Source: an uncultured Candidatus Saccharibacteria bacterium (GTDB lineage Bacteria; Patescibacteriota; Minisyncoccia; Minisyncoccales; JAGMDC01). From it: a stretch of 51,285 nt of DNA. Below, piece after piece: positions 45,094 through 51,285 of the stretch (its first letter is position 1; the number at the start of each line of letters is the position of its first letter). The stretch lies in the NCBI GenBank assembly GCA_964615205.1, contig CAZTQA010000002.1, positions 1 through 51,285 on the forward strand, read 5' to 3'. The notes beneath the pieces are model-generated. The model searched no databases and was not told where the DNA came from. It saw only the letters and a program-made list of their open reading frames with translations. Both the position numbers and the translations under genes were made by a program.

Positions 45094-47220
45094 TCATTCC
45101 TTAATTTGTTTTTCCACTTCAAAGCTTATTTCGGTTGCCTGTATCATTTGCCAAAGTGGTATAGGAAAACCATTTCCCTCTTTTATCTTTTGGGCAAATT
45201 CCTTAATTTCATTAAAATGGCCCTTGTCTTGCTTTATTCTTGATTTCTCCTTTTTCAATCCAAAAACTTCCATTTCTGAATAATCATTAAGAAAAATGAT
45301 TTTTCCGTCAAAATAAATTTTCATTTGCTCCTTAGAATAATCTTCTGATCCAATAGCTGTATAAATTAAGTTACAGACAGAACCGTCTTTAAATTTTAAA
45401 TTAACTGTAAAATTATCGTTTTTTGAATATTTTTCTCTTTTGGGGTTTATTGAATAAGCATTTACTTTATCAATCTGGCTTTCTGTAAAATAAGTAAATA
45501 AGTCATAAATATGACAGGCCTCACCAATATTTCTTCCGCCGCCAGCTTCAGTCTGGACCCAATGACCTTTAGGAATAAATCCTGAATTCATTTGATACTG
45601 AACAATAAGTGGATTTTCTCTGTTTTCTATTACTTCTTTTATTTTCTTGGCAAATGGCGAAAAACGACGGTTAAATCCTACTAAATAAGGAACCTTTGTT
45701 TCTATTAAAACGTTTTCCAATTCTTTAAGTTCGTCTTTATTCAAAGCCACAGGTTTTTCGCAGAATACTGCCTTTTTGCTTCTGGCTGCTTCCATAGCCA
45801 CTTTGGCATGCAAATTATGAGGTAATGCTATAATTGCCATATCAATATCTTGATCATTCAAAATATCTTTGTAATCAGTAGTGCAATAATTTGCTTTGAA
45901 TTTATCAGCCGTATTCTTGGCATTAACTCCATCCAAATCACAAATTGCAAAAATAGAATATAATTCTGGCAGTTTGCTCAAATTAGGAAGATGCATTAGT
46001 TTGGCAAAACCGCCTGCGCCAATAACGCCTACTCTGATAACATTTTTTTTAGTACGGAAAGGAGCTGTTTCCACTTTCTTAATAATTTGTTTATCTTCAT
46101 TAAAATGATAATCTAATAAAACTGCTGGCTTAATTGGTTTTTCTTCTTCTAAAAACTGGTATGCTCTGGATGCTTCTTCAACAAAGAAAGATTGGGAAAC
46201 AAGTTTTTGGAAATTTATCTTTTTTTCAGCCAATAATTTTATATATTCCTCCATATTTCTTTTTTCTGTCCAGCGAACATAGGAAAAAGGATAATCAATG
46301 CCCTTTTCTTCATATGTAGAGTCATATCTTCCTGGACCGTAAGAACAGGAAATAAGATAGTCGATTTCTTTCTCATAGAAAGGAGACCTTTGAGGGCCTA
46401 ATCCGATTTCTCCCACTACAACTACTTTTCCTTTTTTTCTGGTTATTTCCATAGCTTGTTGAATAATTCCATTATTGCCCGGAGAAGAAGCAGTAATAAT
46501 AGTAGAATCTACTCCCCTTTCCTGGCTGAATTTTAAAGCTTTCTCTAAAATATTATTTTTTAAGGAACTATAAGCCTGATTTATTCCTAAATCTTTAGCT
46601 AAATTTATTTTTTCATCATTTATATCAAAACCAATCACTCTAGCTCCATTTACTTTTAATAACTGAATAAGAATCTGCCCTAATAATCCTAAACCTATTA
46701 CAGCCACATTTTCTCCTATTCTAACATCAGCCCTTCTTAATCCTTGAAGAGCGATTGAACCTAAAGCGACAGAACTGGCGCTTTGGAAATCAAGATTTTC
46801 CGGTATTTTTACTACTAAATTTTCCGGCACGCAGACAAACTTGGCATGGTTGGCTTTGCCGGCTCCGCTGCAAGCAACCCGATCATCGATTTTGAATTCT
46901 TTCACACTGTCTCCCGTTCCTACTACTACTCCTGCTAATGAATATCCTAAAAAACCCTTCGTTTCTTTGCGACTTTCAGCTACTTCCAGAGCTCTATTTA
47001 AACCCTGCTTTTTAATAATATCAATGGCTTTTCTTAATTTTTCCGGATCTGAAATGATTTTTTTAGCCAGCGAACCCTCTGACTTCTTTTTTCCGGAAAG
47101 TTCTGTGCCTGTACTGATTAAAGAAAAAGCTGTTTTGACCAAAACTTCCCTTTTTTTGGGGGTAGGAATAGGTATATCTTCAACTAAAATTTGCTTATTA
47201 GATAAGAGAACTTGTTTCAT
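45094..47220 (-). CDS. Bi-domain oxidoreductase (MDR/Zn-ADH-like plus Gfo/Idh/MocA)
   Basis: ISTGTE, GLGLLG, SYGPGRYD..YE; second domain GVIGAG, EKP, VGFNRRF, GEACH. Confidence 0.88.
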   Translation of the reverse strand: MKQVLLSNKQILVEDIPIPTPKKREVLVKTAFSLISTGTELSGKKKSEGSLAKKIISDPEKLRKAIDIIKKQGLNRALEVAESRKETKGFLGYSLAGVVVGTGDSVKEFKIDDRVACSGAGKANHAKFVCVPENLVVKIPENLDFQSASSVALGSIALQGLRRADVRIGENVAVIGLGLLGQILIQLLKVNGARVIGFDINDEKINLAKDLGINQAYSSLKNNILEKALKFSQERGVDSTIITASSPGNNGIIQQAMEITRKKGKVVVVGEIGLGPQRSPFYEKEIDYLISCSYGPGRYDSTYEEKGIDYPFSYVRWTEKRNMEEYIKLLAEKKINFQKLVSQSFFVEEASRAYQFLEEEKPIKPAVLLDYHFNEDKQIIKKVETAPFRTKKNVIRVGVIGAGGFAKLMHLPNLSKLPELYSIFAICDLDGVNAKNTADKFKANYCTTDYKDILNDQDIDMAIIALPHNLHAKVAMEAARSKKAVFCEKPVALNKDELKELENVLIETKVPYLVGFNRRFSPFAKKIKEVIENRENPLIVQYQMNSGFIPKGHWVQTEAGGGRNIGEACHIYDLFTYFTESQIDKVNAYSINPKREKYSKNDNFTVNLKFKDGSVCNLIYTAIGSEDYSKEQMKIYFDGKIIFLNDYSEMEVFGLKKEKSRIKQDKGHFNEIKEFAQKIKEGNGFPIPLWQMIQATEISFEVEKQIKE

Positions 47221-48314
47221 TATTTTTTTAAACTTAATAAAATTTTCAAAATTCTTTCAGAAGTTCGTCCATCCCATAATTGAGGAACTTTACCCTTTTT
47301 AAATCTCCCGCTCAAAATTTTATTAGTTTCGTTTATAATATCCTTGCTTTTCAATCCTATAATCTTGTTAGTACCATCTTTAACCGTAACAGGACGTTCA
47401 GTATTTTTTCTTATAGTCAAGCAAGGGATTTTTAAAAAAGTTGTTTCTTCTTGAATACCTCCACTGTCAGTTAAAACAAAAATACTGTGATTGTTCAGAG
47501 AAAGCATTTCTAAATATCCCAAGGGATTAATTAAAAAAAGATTTTTCATGTTTTTAACCTGACGACTCAACCTAAATTTTTCAATTTGCTTTCTAGTTCG
47601 AGGATGAATAGGCCAGATGATTTTTGTTTTTTTTTGAATTTTTTCCAAAGCTGACAAAATTTCTTTAAAAATTTCTTTATTGTCAACATTTTCTGAACGA
47701 TGCAAAGTTAAAACCGCATATTTTTTCTTCTCAAGATTTAAAGTTTTTAAAAAGTTTAAATTATTTATTTTGGATTTTGATTTTTTTAAAGTATCAATCA
47801 TTATATTGCCCACAAAATAAATCTTATCTTTACTGATTCCTTCATTAAGAAGATTCATATTTCCGCTTTTTTCAGTCGTGAATAGATAATCTGAAATATG
47901 ATCTGTTAAACGACGATTTATCTCTTCAGGCATGCTCATATCAAAACTTCTTAATCCTGCTTCAACGTGAACTACTGGAATATGTATTTTAGATGCGGTC
48001 AAAGCGCCTATTAGGCAGGCATTGGCATCACCGACCACTAATACCAAATCTGGTTTTTCCTTTAAAAGAATCTTTTCCAACTTAACCATGGCTTTTCCAG
48101 TTTGAAAAGCATGAGAACCAGAACCTATCTCTAAATTATAATCAGGATCAGGAATATTCAACTCTTTAAAGAACAACTTCGACATTTCAACATTGTAATG
48201 CTGACCTGTATGGACTAAAATTAATTCCACTTGGGAGTGTTTTTTAATTTCTTCAGCCAAAGGAGAAATTTTTATGAAATTGGGTCTCGCGCCGACTACG
48301 CCTAAAATCTTCAT
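47220..48314 (-). CDS. wecB: UDP-N-acetylglucosamine 2-epimerase (non-hydrolysing)
   Basis: GARPNF.K, HTGQHY, HVEAGLRS, PEEINR, TDSGGIQEE, TERP. Confidence 0.95.
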   Translation of the reverse strand: MKILGVVGARPNFIKISPLAEEIKKHSQVELILVHTGQHYNVEMSKLFFKELNIPDPDYNLEIGSGSHAFQTGKAMVKLEKILLKEKPDLVLVVGDANACLIGALTASKIHIPVVHVEAGLRSFDMSMPEEINRRLTDHISDYLFTTEKSGNMNLLNEGISKDKIYFVGNIMIDTLKKSKSKINNLNFLKTLNLEKKKYAVLTLHRSENVDNKEIFKEILSALEKIQKKTKIIWPIHPRTRKQIEKFRLSRQVKNMKNLFLINPLGYLEMLSLNNHSIFVLTDSGGIQEETTFLKIPCLTIRKNTERPVTVKDGTNKIIGLKSKDIINETNKILSGRFKKGKVPQLWDGRTSERILKILLSLKK

Positions 48315-48315
48315 T

Positions 48316-49086
48316 TTATTTATTTTTAGGCTTATACTCTAAAATTAATTTTATCGCTGAACTTTCAAAATCTTCTTCAAGAATTTTAGCATTGGAGATG
48401 ACACAATGACCACCAATAAAATTATCAGGCGGATACAAAACAGGCCTGACAACATTGCTCTTTCCTAATATTTTGTAGCCAGTATTGTAGCTTTTATTGA
48501 AATCAACAACTGCTTTTTCAAAATTGGCTCCGTATTTATCGCATATTTTTTTCATTTCTCCGTGCCAAGCAATACAAACTCCATAATAAGAAGTGTCAAG
48601 AATTTTCCCTAATTCTGTATTAATAGAGGGAATAAATATCTTTGTTTTTATGCCTAAACTTTCTAAATGTTTCTGAGCTAAATCCCCGCTTCTTTTATTT
48701 TCAGCACCAATGTATTTAATAAAAGTTTTTATTCCCTTGTGAAGAAAGGGATGCACTCCCCTTATAGGGCTATGAACAACATTGATTAATTTTTTAGACA
48801 GCAACTGATCTAATTTCTTAGTCGTTCCCGGCTTTATTGTTGAATGGATTATAACTAGCTTGACTCCATCTTCAAGAGCTTCTCTTTTGATTATATTTAA
48901 GAAATTACTATTCCAAGGAATACAAACATTTAAGATATCAATTCCTTTCAAGCCATCGTTGCGGTTAAGATCTTTGATTTTTGGTTTTTTATAAAATTTA
49001 GCAACAGCTTTTCCCACTTCTCCGTAGCCTAATATTCCTATTTTTTGATTATTATTTTTTTTATTTTCCGTATTTAAATTTTCCAT
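48316..49086 (-). CDS. UDP-glucose/GDP-mannose dehydrogenase-like protein (short form)
   Basis: IGILGYGEVG Rossmann motif, IHST..PGTT, HSP, E..K, GGHC. Confidence 0.72.
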   Translation of the reverse strand: MENLNTENKKNNNQKIGILGYGEVGKAVAKFYKKPKIKDLNRNDGLKGIDILNVCIPWNSNFLNIIKREALEDGVKLVIIHSTIKPGTTKKLDQLLSKKLINVVHSPIRGVHPFLHKGIKTFIKYIGAENKRSGDLAQKHLESLGIKTKIFIPSINTELGKILDTSYYGVCIAWHGEMKKICDKYGANFEKAVVDFNKSYNTGYKILGKSNVVRPVLYPPDNFIGGHCVISNAKILEEDFESSAIKLILEYKPKNK

Positions 49087-49790
49087 ATTTTTATTGCTTT
49101 ATTATATCTTTCCCAGGTCCCGCAATCTGCCCATTTTCCTTGAAATTTCAAGGCATTTAACTTTCCCTGTTTAGCTAATTTTGGGAAAACATCTTTTTCT
49201 ATCATAGTAAATTTAGGACCCTTATGATAATCAAAAATTTCAGGAGACAATAAATAAAACCCGGAATTAATGTAATTTGTAGGTGGATTTTTGGGTTTTT
49301 CTAGAAATTCTCTAACTATTTTGCTCTTGCAAACAACTACTCCATAATCTTGAGGATTAGGAACTTTCACCAAAGCAATGGTTGCCGGAGTTTTTGATAT
49401 TTGGTGAAAATCGGCCATTTTTTTCAAATTTATTTTTTTTAACTCGTCGCCATTTGTAAGAAAAAAAGGACTTTCGGCAAGCCAGTCTTTTAAAAGATAA
49501 AGGCCTCCGAAAGTTCCTAATGGTTTTTCTTCTTTAAAAATATCAATTTTAATTTCAGGATAATATCTTTTTTTCCACCAATTAAAATCTGTCTCAAAGT
49601 CTTTGCTAATTAAAACAGCAATATCTTTTATTCCCTGATTAACAAATAAATCTACTAAATAATTAATAATCGGTTTTTTACGTACTGGAAGTAATGGCTT
49701 GGGAATTTCTTTTGTAACGGGATACAGGCGTGTTCCTTTGCCGCCCGCTAAAATTACTGCCTTGTAGTTTGATAAATGATTTTTAGTCAT
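49074..49790 (-). CDS. Sugar-phosphate nucleotidyltransferase
   Basis: ILAGGKGTRL.P.T..IPKPL, PLGT.G, NGD, YGVV, F.EKP, W.D.GT. Confidence 0.92.
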   Translation of the reverse strand: MTKNHLSNYKAVILAGGKGTRLYPVTKEIPKPLLPVRKKPIINYLVDLFVNQGIKDIAVLISKDFETDFNWWKKRYYPEIKIDIFKEEKPLGTFGGLYLLKDWLAESPFFLTNGDELKKINLKKMADFHQISKTPATIALVKVPNPQDYGVVVCKSKIVREFLEKPKNPPTNYINSGFYLLSPEIFDYHKGPKFTMIEKDVFPKLAKQGKLNALKFQGKWADCGTWERYNKAIKIWKI

Positions 49791-49794
49791 TGTT

Positions 49795-50037
49795 TTACCA
49801 TTTTTCAATGGTTTTAATAGCTTTTCTTTTAACTTTTCGATATACGTTTACAGCTTTGTTTTCAACTTGGGGTGAAACCAATCTTAAAATTTCCCTGCCC
49901 CAGATGCGGTATCTGCCGCCCACTTTATTGGCTTTAAGAATGCCCTTCTTTAAATAGCGCTTAATAGTACTTGGACTTACTCTTAAAAAGTCACGGGCTT
50001 CTTCTGTCGTATAAATTTCATTGGGATCTATAGTCAT
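49795..50037 (-). CDS. Excisionase/BldC-like (HTH_17, MerR-type) DNA-binding protein
   Basis: YT.EEA..FL.VS..TI.RY...G.L.A.KVG..YRI. Confidence 0.87.
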   Translation of the reverse strand: MTIDPNEIYTTEEARDFLRVSPSTIKRYLKKGILKANKVGGRYRIWGREILRLVSPQVENKAVNVYRKVKRKAIKTIEKW

Positions 50038-50043
50038 TATTTA

Positions 50044-50082
50044 ATGATATCAATAGTATCAACAAGTGTCAATAAGTATCAG
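50044..50082 (-). promoter_or_regulatory. Leaderless promoter overlapped by four direct repeats (putative operator)
   Basis: TTGACA (50067-50072)-17 bp-TATCAT (50044-50049), 6 nt to the ATG; four (T/C)TGAYAY repeats at 9-10 bp spacing. Confidence 0.7.
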
Positions 50083-50999
50083 GAGGCAAACCATTTAACT
50101 GTTTCTTCTAGGCCTTTATCTAAATCGTACTTTGGCTGCCAGCCAAGTTCTTTTTTAGCTTTTTCAATATTTAAACAGCTTGTCTTCTGCTCCCCTGGCT
50201 TAGCTGGCTGATGAATCTCTCTACATTCTGATCCAGTAATTTTCTTGATTTTGCTAAAGACAGTATTAATATCTGTTTGTTTAGCAGTGCCAATATTATG
50301 AATCCCGATTTTATTCTTTTTTAAGGCTGAAACAGCCGCTTCAACTACATCCTTAACATAAACAAAATCTCTTGTTTGCTTGCCAGAACCAAAAATAATT
50401 GGTTGATTTCCAGAAAGCATAGCATCAGAAAAAATAGCCACCACCCCAGCTTCGCCTTTGGAATTTTGCCTTGGGCCATAAACATTTGCCAAGCGCAAAG
50501 AAACATAAGGTAAATTAAAAACCTGATTATAATAATTTAGATATTTATCAAAAACCAATTTTTCTGCCCCATAAGGCGAAAGGGGTTTTTCTGGATAGCT
50601 CTCCGGAGTAGGAATAATATCCGCATCTCCATAAATAGCCCCTCCAGTAGAGGTAAAAATAAATTTACAATGCGAATGACACGAATTATAGAAACTTTGT
50701 AGAATATTTAGAGAACCGAGGATATTGATTTTAGCATCTTTTATAGGATCTTCCACTGATTTCCTTAAATCAATCTGAGCTGCCAAATGAAAAACCGCAT
50801 TTGGTTTTTCTTTTTCAAAAACCTCTTTAACTTTAGAACTTTGGATATCCATTTTCCAAAGCTTAGCTTTGGAATTGAGATTTTTGCGACTGCCTGTGGA
50901 TAAATTATCAATTACAACCACTTGGTGGCCCTCGTCAATTAATCTATCTACTAAATGGGAGCCAATAAATCCGGCTCCGCCTGTAACTAAAATTTTCAT
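50079..50999 (-). CDS. UDP-glucose 4-epimerase-like NAD-dependent epimerase
   Basis: LVTGGAGFIGSH, STGGAIYG, SPYG..K, NVYGPRQ...GEAGV, RDFVYV. Confidence 0.92.
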   Translation of the reverse strand: MKILVTGGAGFIGSHLVDRLIDEGHQVVVIDNLSTGSRKNLNSKAKLWKMDIQSSKVKEVFEKEKPNAVFHLAAQIDLRKSVEDPIKDAKINILGSLNILQSFYNSCHSHCKFIFTSTGGAIYGDADIIPTPESYPEKPLSPYGAEKLVFDKYLNYYNQVFNLPYVSLRLANVYGPRQNSKGEAGVVAIFSDAMLSGNQPIIFGSGKQTRDFVYVKDVVEAAVSALKKNKIGIHNIGTAKQTDINTVFSKIKKITGSECREIHQPAKPGEQKTSCLNIEKAKKELGWQPKYDLDKGLEETVKWFAS

Positions 51000-51051
51000 A
51001 ATGATAATGAGAATTTGCTTTAATTATGTTTTTTTTATATCATAAATTAAT

Positions 51052-51285
51052 ATGAATGGCAATGTTTTTCAGAATAATCTAAAATGGATTTACCTTGCAG
51101 GGATTTTTATAATCTTAACCCTGCCCTTATGGAATCTTCCCCCTTGGTTCTCCCCTCCTGACTGGGGTAAAACCATTGTTTTTAAAATTGTTCTTTCTGT
51201 TTTGTTATTTTTGCTTGCTTATCAAATTTTGTTTCAAAAGCAATTTTACTCCTACATAAAATCAAAAATACCCAAGCCGTCTTTC
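51052..51285 (+). CDS. 5' part of a membrane protein, possibly O-antigen-ligase-like (truncated by window end)
   Basis: Open frame MNGNVFQNNLKWIYLAGIFIILTLPLWNLPPWFSPPDWGKTIVF... to the window end with two hydrophobic stretches. Confidence 0.6.
   Translation, partial: MNGNVFQNNLKWIYLAGIFIILTLPLWNLPPWFSPPDWGKTIVFKIVLSVLLFLLAYQILFQKQFYSYIKSKIPKPSF

Noticed and set aside
5304-47302. Numerous 60-150 aa ORFs antisense or out of frame within identified genes (e.g. 6070-6474, 12140-12499, 46841-47302)
   Set aside because: Fully overlap confidently identified genes and carry no recognisable motifs
49795-50037. HTH gene as a prophage or ICE excisionase
   Set aside because: No integrase or phage genes nearby; it is embedded in the glycan operon. 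A trans role on the tRNA-Trp cassettes cannot be excluded but has no support
50668-50690. CGAAT-GACA-CGAAT mini-repeat encoding 'NSCHSHC' in the epimerase
   Set aside because: Too short to distinguish from chance

Overview
AT-rich bacterial chromosome segment that looks like a CPR/Patescibacteria (Parcubacteria-like) genome. This is inferred from the short Pgk and SecA, no rimM between rpsP/khpA and trmD, the VirD4/HerA-like ATPase plus membrane partner, a giant surface protein with a C-terminal peptidoglycan-binding domain, and leaderless promoters. Almost all genes are on the minus strand. From left to right: tRNA-Ser; a ~3 kb accessory region organised as three tandem, integrase-free cassettes bounded by repeated att-like junctions and anchored at the 3' end of tRNA-Trp; a housekeeping block (tRNA-Trp, rpmG, tRNA-Thr, tRNA-Tyr, trmD, khpA, rpsP, rnc, nusB, rpmF, recJ-like); an unannotated, highly structured ~280-nt intergenic RNA candidate with a consensus sigma70 promoter; pgk, a VirD4/HerA-like ATPase pair, secF, secD, secA, an 11-aa Lys-rich micro-ORF, murB, and a DegT-family gene flanked by two short mutually complementary RNA candidates; a 2.2-kaa repeat-rich surface protein; and a ~22.5 kb Wzx/Wzy surface-polysaccharide locus with five SAM methyltransferases, a GT4-heparinase II/III fusion and an internal HTH regulator with a 4x direct-repeat operator. 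The strongest novelty candidates are the tRNA-Trp cassette array (976-3960) and the 8955-9236 structured RNA. All product calls come from motif recognition by eye; no database searches were run.
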